Numbered from the stretch's first letter, positions 23,962 through 31,423 are shown. The stretch: DNA of 32,000 nucleotides from Mycolicibacterium smegmatis (GCF_001457595.1 NZ_LN831039.1:2760001-2792000), one strand, 5' to 3'. The notes: generated by a model from the sequence alone, not told the origin. Numbers and translations: made by a program.

Positions 23962-24855
23962 TCAGGCGGAGGTTGCGGAACCGACGGTGCGGCGCGACGA
24001 GTGCCACGGGATGAGCAGCTTCTCGGCGAATTCGATGACCGCGAACAGCGCGATGCCGAGAAGCGACATGATGATGAGCGCGGCGAACAGCATCGCGGTG
24101 TCGACATTGCCGTTGGCCTGCAGGATGACGTAGCCCAAACCTTCGTTGGCGCCGACGAATTCACCGACTACGGCGCCGGTCACCGCGAGCGTCGCGGCCA
24201 CCTTGAGGCCCGACATCAGCTGCGGCAGCGACGCCGGGAACCGGATCTTGAGGAACGTCTTGAACCGGCTGGCGCCCATGGTCGAGGTGAGCTCGAGGAT
24301 CTCGGGATCCACCGAGCGCAGGCCCGCGAGTCCGGAGATCACGATGGGGAAGAACGCCATGAGCACGGCCACCAGGATCTTGGGCGACGGGCCGAAGCCG
24401 AGCCACACGATGAACAGCGGCGCGATCGCGATCTTGGGGACCACCTGTGCGAACAGGATCAGCGGATAGACGGTCTTCTCGACGCCCGCCGAATAGATCA
24501 TCACGACGGCGACGAGTTCACCGACGATCGCGGCGATCACGAAGCCGATCACGGTCTCCCACGTGGTCACCCAGGTGTTGTGGGCGAGGTAGGCCGCGTT
24601 GTCGTGTGCGGCGAGCCAGGTGTCGGCAGGGGACGGCAGGATGTAGGGCGCCACGAGTTCGGTCTCGGTGACCGCCCACCACGCCGCGAGCAGCACGACC
24701 ACGAGCGCCAGCGGGCGCCACAGTGCCGATGCGGTGCGGTGCAGCGGATGGGTTCCGAAAAGGGCGCGGGTTCGGCGTCGGGGTGCCGAACCGGGTGCCG
24801 CGGACGACGCCTGGGCCCCGGTGGGGCGCGCACCTGCCGAAGCGGTTACCGCCAT
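23962..24855 (-). CDS. ABC transporter permease (BPD_transp_1, SsuC/TauC-like)
   Basis: 297 aa. About six hydrophobic segments and the EAA-like loop ELTSTMGASRFKTFLKIRFPASLP. The N-terminal 45 aa are low complexity, so the true start could be slightly downstream. Confidence 0.88.
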   Translation of the reverse strand: MAVTASAGARPTGAQASSAAPGSAPRRRTRALFGTHPLHRTASALWRPLALVVVLLAAWWAVTETELVAPYILPSPADTWLAAHDNAAYLAHNTWVTTWETVIGFVIAAIVGELVAVVMIYSAGVEKTVYPLILFAQVVPKIAIAPLFIVWLGFGPSPKILVAVLMAFFPIVISGLAGLRSVDPEILELTSTMGASRFKTFLKIRFPASLPQLMSGLKVAATLAVTGAVVGEFVGANEGLGYVILQANGNVDTAMLFAALIIMSLLGIALFAVIEFAEKLLIPWHSSRRTVGSATSA

Positions 24856-24901
24856 GGATGAGTCCTAAAGGTTGCAGTGTCGCGGGACGTGAACCCGTTT
24901 G

Positions 24902-24915
24902 GGAATGCGCTTTCC
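24902..24915 (-). promoter_or_regulatory. LacI-family operator candidate (reads GGAAAGCGCATTCC on the minus strand) upstream of the ABC importer operon
   Basis: Exact reverse complement of the 14-mer at 26104..26117. 12 of 14 positions are self-complementary, with a central CG. It lies 47 nt upstream of the permease ATG and 12 nt downstream of a candidate -10 box. Confidence 0.6.
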
Positions 24916-24927
24916 GAAGCGGTTTCG

Positions 24928-24957
24928 ACCCTAACGTGACTCAGCGCACACTGTCAA
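24928..24957 (-). promoter_or_regulatory. candidate SigA-type promoter for the ABC importer operon
   Basis: On the minus strand: TTGACA (24957..24952), an 18-nt spacer, then TAGGGT (24933..24928, fits TANNNT). By eye only; no TSS data. Confidence 0.4.
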
Positions 24958-24976
24958 CGATGCCGTGATGTGCGCG

Positions 24977-26008
24977 TCAGGGCAAGCGCGTGCTGTCGCG
25001 CAGGACGACCCGGCCCGGAATGCGTTCGCGCAGGTCATCGCAGTCGGCGTCGGTGCGCAGCGCGAGTTCGACGGCGCGTACGCCGATGTCCTGCAGCGGC
25101 AGGACCACGGTGGTCAGGGCCGGTGTGTGGTCGCGCAGCGTCGGGATGTCGTCGAACCCCGCGATGCCGACATCGTCGGGCACCGAGAGCCCGAGTTCGC
25201 GCCAGGCCGCGATCGCGCCGATCGCCATCACGTCGGTCACCGCGAACACGCACACCGGTTCACCACGTGCGCCCGGGCTGAGCTGCAGAGCGCCCGCGAG
25301 GCGCCGTGCCGCGGAGTACCCGCCGTCGCGGGTGAAGTCGCCGGAGACCTCGACCAGCGGGGTCAGCCCGCGCCTGCCGAGTGCCTCGACGAAACCGTTG
25401 CGCCGGTCGACGGCGGTGCGGATGTTGGCGGGCCCGCCGATGACGGCGAACTGCGTATGCCCGGACTTTACGAGCGCCTCGGCCAATTGTGCTGCGCCGA
25501 GGTGATTCTCGGGCTCCACGGCACCGCCGAACGCGAGTGGCTGACCGATGACGACCACGCGTCCGCCGTTGTCGCGGTACCGGCCGAACTCGGTCTCGAT
25601 GTCGCGGTCCAGATCCCCGCTCTGCCGCGAGCCGGCGAGCACGATCGCGTCGGCGCGATGTGCGATGAAGGTGCTGACCGCTTCGCGTTCGATGTCGAAA
25701 TCGCGGTCGGTGCTCGCCAGCAGCACCTGCTTGCGCGCGGTGCGTGCGGCGGTCTGCACACCGCGGACGATCGACGAGAAGTACGGGTCGGCGATGTCGT
25801 GCACGATGAGGCCCAGCAGGCCCGTCGAGGAGCGTGCCAGGGCCTGGGCCTGGGCGTTCGGCACGTATCCGAGTTCGCGCGCGGCCGCGCGCACCCGGTC
25901 GGCGACGCCTTCGCCGGGGATCCGGGCGGAACCGTTGAGCACGCGTGACGCCGTCGCCTGGGATACGCCTGCCCGGACCGCCACGTCCTGCAGTGTCACC
26001 GCTGCCAT
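24977..26008 (-). CDS. LacI family transcriptional regulator
   Basis: The track ORF 24977..26827 is a long upstream extension. The ATG at 26008 has a GGGAG RBS 5 nt upstream and gives 343 aa. It begins MAAVTLQDVAVRAGVSQATASRVLNG (LacI HTH), followed by a periplasmic-binding-fold core (GLIVHDIADPYFS, FAVTDVMAIGA). Confidence 0.9.
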   Translation of the reverse strand: MAAVTLQDVAVRAGVSQATASRVLNGSARIPGEGVADRVRAAARELGYVPNAQAQALARSSTGLLGLIVHDIADPYFSSIVRGVQTAARTARKQVLLASTDRDFDIEREAVSTFIAHRADAIVLAGSRQSGDLDRDIETEFGRYRDNGGRVVVIGQPLAFGGAVEPENHLGAAQLAEALVKSGHTQFAVIGGPANIRTAVDRRNGFVEALGRRGLTPLVEVSGDFTRDGGYSAARRLAGALQLSPGARGEPVCVFAVTDVMAIGAIAAWRELGLSVPDDVGIAGFDDIPTLRDHTPALTTVVLPLQDIGVRAVELALRTDADCDDLRERIPGRVVLRDSTRLP

Positions 26009-26074
26009 CGGGGCTCCCGCCATCGGTTCGTCGGTTCTGGGTGGGCTGCGGCCGGCCGGACCGTGAGGCACGGG

Positions 26075-26103
26075 TTGACCGGGCCGCGGCATGAGCTTAC
26101 CGT
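26075..26103 (+). promoter_or_regulatory. candidate SigA-type promoter for the oxidoreductase-DUF993-isomerase operon
   Basis: TTGACC (26075..26080), a 17-nt spacer, then TACCGT (26098..26103, fits TANNNT). It directly abuts the operator at 26104. By eye only. Confidence 0.4.
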
Positions 26104-26117
26104 GGAAAGCGCATTCC
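26104..26117 (+). promoter_or_regulatory. LacI-family operator candidate GGAAAGCGCATTCC in the divergent lacI/oxidoreductase intergenic region
   Basis: An imperfect palindrome with one non-complementary pair (positions 5 and 10). It is identical, as its reverse complement, to 24902..24915. It lies 96 nt from the LacI start and 102 nt from the oxidoreductase start. Confidence 0.6.
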
Positions 26118-26218
26118 GAAGTGCTGACATCGCGAACGCCCCGACGGCGTGTTCGGCGGTGCAGGTCAATCGACCGCGTTTGCCGGCGTCGCCGGCCGAT
26201 CAGATAAGGCATCTCTCG

Positions 26219-27367
26219 ATGACGACTCGTACCCTGCGCATTGCCATGAACGGCGTGACGGGCCGCATGGGCTACCGCCAGCACCTTCTTCGCTCCATCC
26301 TGCCGCTCCGCGAATCCGGACTGACCGCCGACGACGGTTCGCGCGTCGCGGTCGAGCCGATCCTCGTGGGTCGCAGCGCCGACAAACTCGCCGACATGGC
26401 CGCCGAGCACGGTATCGAGCACTGGACCACCGACGTCGCGTCGGTGATCGCCGATCCGAGTGTCGAGGTGTACTTCGACGCGCAGGTGACCTCGCGTCGC
26501 TTCGAGGCGCTGACGGCCGCGATCAAGGCGGGCAAGCACGTCTACACCGAGAAACCCACCGCCGAAACCCTCACCGAGGCAGTCGAACTGGCCCGGATGG
26601 CGCAGAACGCAGGTATCACCGCCGGTGTCGTCCACGACAAGTTGTACCTGCCGGGCCTGGTGAAGTTGCGGCGCCTGGTCGACGAGGGCTTCTTCGGCCG
26701 GATCCTGTCCATGCGCGGCGAATTCGGCTACTGGGTGTTCGAGGGCGACGGTCAGCCCGCGCAGCGGCCCAGCTGGAACTACCGCGCGCAGGACGGCGGC
26801 GGCATCACTGTGGACATGTTCTGCCACTGGAACTACGTCATGGAAGGCATCCTAGGCAAGGTCGAGACGGTGACCGCCAAGGCCGTGACCCACATCCCGA
26901 CCCGCTGGGACGAGGCGCACCAGCCCTATCCGGTGACCGCCGACGACGCCGTGTACGGAATCTTCGACATCTCCGGTGGCATCGTGGCCCAGATCAACTC
27001 GTCGTGGGCGGTGCGGGTGTTCCGCGACGAGCTCGTCGAGTTCCAGGTCGACGGCACGCACGGGTCGGCGGTCGCGGGGCTGCGCCGCTGCCGCGCGCAA
27101 CACCGTGTCCACACGCCCAAGCCGGTGTGGAACCCCGACCTCCCGGCGACCGAGCAGTTCCGCGACCAGTGGCTCGAAGTGCCCGACAACGCCGTACTGG
27201 ACAACGGTTTCAAGCTGCAGTGGGAGGAGTACCTGCGCGACGTGCTGGCCGCTCGCCCGCACCGGTATGACCTGCTGTCGGCGGCCCGCGGTGTGCAGCT
27301 CGCCGAACTGGGACTCAAAAGCTCTACCGAGGGCAGGCGCCTCGACGTCCCGGAGATCGTGCTGTGA
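26219..27367 (+). CDS. Gfo/Idh/MocA family NAD(P)-dependent oxidoreductase
   Basis: The track ORF starts at 26063. The in-frame ATG at 26219 has an AAGG RBS 9 nt upstream and gives 382 aa. N-terminal Rossmann motif RIAMNGVTGRMG and the family EKP motif (VYTEKPTA). Confidence 0.88.
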   Translation: MTTRTLRIAMNGVTGRMGYRQHLLRSILPLRESGLTADDGSRVAVEPILVGRSADKLADMAAEHGIEHWTTDVASVIADPSVEVYFDAQVTSRRFEALTAAIKAGKHVYTEKPTAETLTEAVELARMAQNAGITAGVVHDKLYLPGLVKLRRLVDEGFFGRILSMRGEFGYWVFEGDGQPAQRPSWNYRAQDGGGITVDMFCHWNYVMEGILGKVETVTAKAVTHIPTRWDEAHQPYPVTADDAVYGIFDISGGIVAQINSSWAVRVFRDELVEFQVDGTHGSAVAGLRRCRAQHRVHTPKPVWNPDLPATEQFRDQWLEVPDNAVLDNGFKLQWEEYLRDVLAARPHRYDLLSAARGVQLAELGLKSSTEGRRLDVPEIVL

Positions 27368-28554
27368 CCGCGCTGCACACCGGTGCGGCGGTGACGCTGC
27401 CGATCGACGGTGAACTGCGCCGCGTCGAACTCGGCGCACCTGGGCCGTGGCGCAGACCTGAGCGTCCGATCACCTCCCGGATCGCCTATGCCGCAGCGCA
27501 CGTGGTGCCCAAGAGCTCGGCCGACAACATCCCGGGCGCACCCGCGGATCTGGACTGGGAGGCCACCCTGGCCTACCGGCGCGAGCTGTGGTCCTACGGG
27601 CTCGGTGTGGCCGACGCGATGGACACCGCGCAGCGCGGTATGGGCCTGGACTGGCCTGCCGCAGCCGAACTGATCCGCCGCAGCGGTGCCGAGGCCGCCG
27701 CGGTCGGCGGCCGGCTCGCGTGCGGTGCCGGCACGGATCATCTTGTCCCCGAGGATGTCCCGTCCGGGGCCGCGGGCCTGGCGGTGATCATCGACGCCTA
27801 CCGCGAACAGGTCGACGTGGTCCGTGAGGCCGGCGCGCAGGTGATCGTCATGGCGTCGCGTGCCCTGGCCCGCGTCGCCTCCTCGCCCGCCGACTACCTG
27901 CGGGTCTACGACGCCGTGCTCGCCCACACCGATCAACCGGTGATCCTGCACTGGCTCGGGGACATGTTCGACCCGGCCCTGCGCGGCTACTGGGGGTCCG
28001 GCGAGATCGACACGGCCACAGCGACATTCCTGGAACTGATCGCGAACCACGTCGACAAGGTCGACGGCGTCAAGGTGTCGCTGCTCGACGCCGGGCACGA
28101 AATCGCGCTGCGCCGCGCGCTGCCGGCAGGTGTCCGGTTGTACACGGGCGACGATTTCAACTACCCGGAACTGATCATCGGCGATGATCAGGGGCATTCG
28201 GACGCACTGCTCGGCATCTTCGCCGCGATCTACCCGGCCGCGTCGACCGCGCTGCAGGAACTCGACGCGGGCAATCAGGCCCGAGCCGGCGAGATCCTCG
28301 AATCCACCCGCGCGCTGGGCAGGCACATCTTCACCGCGCCGACGTACTACTACAAGACGGGAATCGCGTTCCTGTCGTGGCTCAACGGCCTGCAACCCGG
28401 TTTCACGATGGTGGGCGGACTGGCCAGTGGGCGCTCCCTTTCGCATCTGTGCGAGTTGTTCGTCCTCGTCGACCGGGCCGGCCTGCTGCGTGACCCCGAC
28501 GTCGCCGCGCACCGCATGCGGATGTTCCTCGAGGTGCACGGGGTGGGCGCATGA
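27364..28554 (+). CDS. DUF993 family protein (class I aldolase / dihydrodipicolinate-synthase-like fold, function unknown)
   Basis: 396 aa. The GTG start overlaps the upstream stop (GTGA). Coding is well supported by length, operon context and codon usage. The DUF993 assignment comes from my recollection of this family (RIAYAAAHVV......IDWEATLAYRR.LW..GLGVAEAMDTAQRGMGLDW) and needs an HMM check. Confidence 0.7.
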   Translation: MTALHTGAAVTLPIDGELRRVELGAPGPWRRPERPITSRIAYAAAHVVPKSSADNIPGAPADLDWEATLAYRRELWSYGLGVADAMDTAQRGMGLDWPAAAELIRRSGAEAAAVGGRLACGAGTDHLVPEDVPSGAAGLAVIIDAYREQVDVVREAGAQVIVMASRALARVASSPADYLRVYDAVLAHTDQPVILHWLGDMFDPALRGYWGSGEIDTATATFLELIANHVDKVDGVKVSLLDAGHEIALRRALPAGVRLYTGDDFNYPELIIGDDQGHSDALLGIFAAIYPAASTALQELDAGNQARAGEILESTRALGRHIFTAPTYYYKTGIAFLSWLNGLQPGFTMVGGLASGRSLSHLCELFVLVDRAGLLRDPDVAAHRMRMFLEVHGVGA

Positions 28555-29384
28555 GTGCCGAGAGGCGACTGTCGCTGAACACCATGACCACCAAGCGCCT
28601 CACGCTGCGCGAGGCCGTCGAGGCAACCGCCGCGGCCGGGCTGGAGTCCATCGGCCTGTGGCGTGACCGCGTAGCCGAAGCGGGTGTGGACACCGCCGCG
28701 AAACTGATGCACGACAACGGTCTTCGCGTGTCCAGTCTGTGCCGGGGCGGTTTCCTGACCGGGTTCGAGGAAGACCATGCGCTCGCCGACAACCGGCGCG
28801 CCATCGAGGAGGCGGTCACGCTCGGGACGCGAGAGCTCGTCATGGTCGTGGGCGGCATCCCGGACCGTGACCTCGCCGCCGCGAGGGGACGTGTGGCTCA
28901 GCGGCTCGAGACGCTCGTGCCCTACGCCGTCGACCACGGTGTCCGGCTGGCGCTGGAACCGCTGCACCCGGTGTTCTGCGCCGACCGCGCGGTGATCTCC
29001 ACACTGCGGCAGGCGCTGGCACTCGCGGCGCCGTACCCGGCCGAGGCCGTCGGCGTCGTCGTCGACACCTTCCACGTGTGGTGGGATCCCGAGTTGGCGG
29101 ACGGCATCGCCGCGGCGGGCGCTCAGCACCGGATCAGCTCGTACCAGGTGTGCGACTGGCTGGTCCCGATGGCCGCCGACCCGCTGGTGTCGCGCGGCAT
29201 GATGGGTGACGGCGTCATCGACTTCGGTGCGGTCACCGCGATGGTGCGGGCCGCGGGATACGACGGCGACGTCGAGGTCGAGATCTTCAACGAGGACATC
29301 TGGGCCACCGACGCGGCCGTCGTCATCGACACCATGAAGCAGCGCTACCGCGATCTGGTGGCGCCTGCTCTCACGGCAGGCTGA
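28551..29384 (+). CDS. sugar phosphate isomerase/epimerase (xylose isomerase-like TIM barrel, AP_endonuc_2 family)
   Basis: 277 aa. ATGA overlap with the DUF993 stop. Typical pattern LSLNT.T.......EAV.A.A.AGL..IGLW; the metal-ligand-like positions LALEPLH and DTFHVWWD; and G.G.IDF at the C-terminus. Confidence 0.85.
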   Translation: MSAERRLSLNTMTTKRLTLREAVEATAAAGLESIGLWRDRVAEAGVDTAAKLMHDNGLRVSSLCRGGFLTGFEEDHALADNRRAIEEAVTLGTRELVMVVGGIPDRDLAAARGRVAQRLETLVPYAVDHGVRLALEPLHPVFCADRAVISTLRQALALAAPYPAEAVGVVVDTFHVWWDPELADGIAAAGAQHRISSYQVCDWLVPMAADPLVSRGMMGDGVIDFGAVTAMVRAAGYDGDVEVEIFNEDIWATDAAVVIDTMKQRYRDLVAPALTAG

Positions 29385-30195
29385 TCAGCAGCACGCCCGC
29401 GAGCACCACGGCCGACGCGATCGCGCGGCGCGCCCCCAGCTTCTCCCCGAGGAAGAGCGCGCCGATCAACGCGCCGAACACGATGCTGGTCTCGCGCAAC
29501 GCGGCGATCGGCGCGAGCGCACCGGTGCGCTGCGCGGCCAGCACGATCGTGTACGCGGCCAGCGAGATCGCCCCGCCGGCCAGACCCGGCACGGCGCACT
29601 CACGCACGGCGCCCAGCAGTCGCGGGCCCCGGCGGATCGCGGCGAAGATCGCCAGTGGCGGGCCCTGCAGCAGGAACATCCACCCCGTGTAGGCCAGCAG
29701 CGGCCCCTGCTGCACGCCCACACCGTCGATCACGGTGTAGCCCGCGATCATCACACCCGTGAGCGTCGCGGCGCCGAGCGCGGGCAGATCCTTACGCGTG
29801 GGCCGTCCGCCGACGAACACCAGCGCGATCAGCCCGGCCGAGATCGTCAGCACCCCGGCCAGTTCGGTGACCGGCATCTCATGTCCCAGCACCACGAGCG
29901 CGACCACTGCGACCAGCCACGGCGACGTGCCGCGTGCCAGCGGGTACATCTGACTGAACTCGCCGAGTTGGTAACTCGCGAGCAGCAGCAGGTTGTAGAA
30001 CACGTGCACGGTGGCCGACGCGATGATGTACGGCCACGCCGCGGCAGGCGGCAGCCCGCCCAGCGCGATGAGCGCCGCGCCGCCGATCGCGTCGACCACA
30101 CCGATCAGCGCGAAACCGACCACCCGGTCGGAGACGGCGTGCGCCAACGAATTCCAGATCGCATGCAGCAATGCTGCGAACAGCACAGCGAGCAT
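29371..30195 (-). CDS. EamA/DMT superfamily transporter
   Basis: 274 aa, strongly hydrophobic, with about 9-10 TMS in two EamA-like halves. The 3' end overlaps the convergent isomerase gene by 14 nt. Confidence 0.8.
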   Translation of the reverse strand: MLAVLFAALLHAIWNSLAHAVSDRVVGFALIGVVDAIGGAALIALGGLPPAAAWPYIIASATVHVFYNLLLLASYQLGEFSQMYPLARGTSPWLVAVVALVVLGHEMPVTELAGVLTISAGLIALVFVGGRPTRKDLPALGAATLTGVMIAGYTVIDGVGVQQGPLLAYTGWMFLLQGPPLAIFAAIRRGPRLLGAVRECAVPGLAGGAISLAAYTIVLAAQRTGALAPIAALRETSIVFGALIGALFLGEKLGARRAIASAVVLAGVLLISLP

Positions 30196-30278
30196 GACGG
30201 AAACAGACAGGCCCTCAACCTAACTGGCCGGCGCTGCCGACGCGCGGCGGGGGTGCCGGAGTGTGACGAACGCATCGT

Positions 30279-30335
30279 CGAGGCTGTAGTTGTCGCGCAG
30301 AAATGCGAGTGGGGTGCTCGGTAACTACAGCCTCG
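30279..30335 (-). terminator. 13-bp perfect inverted repeat (stem-loop) downstream of the enoyl-CoA hydratase gene and upstream of the EamA gene
   Basis: CGAGGCTGTAGTT (30279..30291) pairs with AACTACAGCCTCG (30323..30335) across a 31-nt loop. The loop contains a nested CGCA-GAAA-TGCG mini-hairpin. It lies 17 nt after the hydratase stop on the minus strand and has no U-tract. The role as a terminator is inferred. Confidence 0.3.
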
Positions 30336-30351
30336 CGTGATCTGCCCCGGC

Positions 30352-31110
30352 CTAACGCACCTGCGAGCGTCCCCGCTCGATCACCGAGGCGCGGCTGGCC
30401 GCGATGTCGTCACCGCTCGTCGAGCGCATCCACTGCCGCGCTGCCTCGGCCTCGGCCCACAGCGCCCCACCTGTCTGCAGTGCGTCGATGCGGTGATAGG
30501 AATCCAGCAGTGCGCGCACGGCCTTCTGGTTGTTGCCGACGATCGACGCGGCAACACGGCGCGCGGCGGTCAGCAGGTCGTCGTGGGCCACGACCTCGGT
30601 GACCAGACCGGCACGCAGCGCATCCTGTGCCGACAGGTAGTCGCCGGTCAGGCTCATGCGCCGGGCCAGACCCACTCCGACCTTCTGGGGCAACCGCACC
30701 GACAGCCCCCACGTCGGCATCAGGCCCACGCGCGCGTGGGTGTCGGCGAACTTCGCGTTCTCCGACGCGATGAGGATGTCGCAGTACAGCGCCAGCTCCA
30801 GGCCGCCGGTGACGGCCGCGCCGTTGATGGCCCCGATGACAGGTTTGGTCATGTCCGGCCACTTGGGGGAGATGTCGGGCAACTCGGTGGTGTCGCCGAG
30901 TTCTTTGAGATCCAGACCCGCGCAGAACACGGGGTCGGCGCCGGTGACGATCACGACGTCGACATCGTCGTCGTTCTGGGCATCGCTCAGCGCGCGGAAG
31001 AAAGTGGACCGCAGCTCCGCCGACAGCGCGTTGCGCGACTGCGGCCGGTTGAGCGTCAGCGTCCGCACGCGGTCGGTGGTGTCGACGAGGAGAACGGGGG
31101 AGTCAGCCAT
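30352..31110 (-). CDS. enoyl-CoA hydratase/isomerase (crotonase) family protein
   Basis: The start is taken at ATG 31110 (MADSPVLLVD...); the track ORF is 31 codons longer. 252 aa. Crotonase motifs VIVTGADPVFCAGLDLKE and GAINGAAVTGGLELALYCD. TACGGT lies 7 nt upstream, suggesting a leaderless mRNA. Confidence 0.9.
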   Translation of the reverse strand: MADSPVLLVDTTDRVRTLTLNRPQSRNALSAELRSTFFRALSDAQNDDDVDVVIVTGADPVFCAGLDLKELGDTTELPDISPKWPDMTKPVIGAINGAAVTGGLELALYCDILIASENAKFADTHARVGLMPTWGLSVRLPQKVGVGLARRMSLTGDYLSAQDALRAGLVTEVVAHDDLLTAARRVAASIVGNNQKAVRALLDSYHRIDALQTGGALWAEAEAARQWMRSTSGDDIAASRASVIERGRSQVR

Positions 31111-31156
31111 GCCGCTCACCGTAACCGGCGAACCCAACGCGCCTATCGTGGGTTCC

Positions 31157-31423
31157 ATGTGCCGGAACATCACCGAACTGCGGGGCCTGGAGCCCGCCGC
31201 CACCGCAGAGGAAATCGAGGCCGCGGCACGTCAGTACGTGCGCAAGGTCAGCGGTATCACGCGCCCGACCGGTGACAACGTCGACGTGTTCGAAAGCGCG
31301 GTGGCCGAGGTCACCGCGACCACGACGCGGCTACTCGCGGGACTCGCGCCACGTCGTCAGCCACCGAAAACCGTTCCGCCGCTGCGTCGTCCCGAGGTTC
31401 GCGCGCGGATGGCCGCACGGTGA
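31157..31423 (+). CDS. DUF2277 family small protein
   Basis: 88 aa starting MCRNITELRGLEPAATAEEIEAAARQYVRKVSG. The MCRNI start is the family N-terminus as I recall it. TATCGT lies 7 nt upstream, suggesting a leaderless mRNA. The track shows it as the tail of the artefactual ORF 30656..31423. Confidence 0.7.
   Translation: MCRNITELRGLEPAATAEEIEAAARQYVRKVSGITRPTGDNVDVFESAVAEVTATTTRLLAGLAPRRQPPKTVPPLRRPEVRARMAAR

Noticed and set aside
24856-24976. TPP (THI-box) riboswitch in front of the NMT1/THI5-family ABC transporter
   Set aside because: The whole non-coding region is 121 nt. The predicted leader is about 65 nt and contains a LacI-type palindrome. There is no room for, or resemblance to, a THI element.
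24965-26827. 616-aa extension of the LacI ORF (24977..26827) and the 327-aa antisense ORF 24965..25948
   Set aside because: The upstream 273 codons of the long ORF overlap the divergent oxidoreductase gene and its promoter region and have no domain content. The HTH begins right after ATG 26008, which has a GGGAG RBS.
31109-31156. ATG at 31109 as a longer start for the DUF2277 gene, sharing a CATG with the divergent hydratase start
   Set aside because: It would leave no promoter space for either gene. The family N-terminus I recall begins MCRNI (ATG 31157), which has a TANNNT box at leaderless spacing. I kept it as an alternative only.
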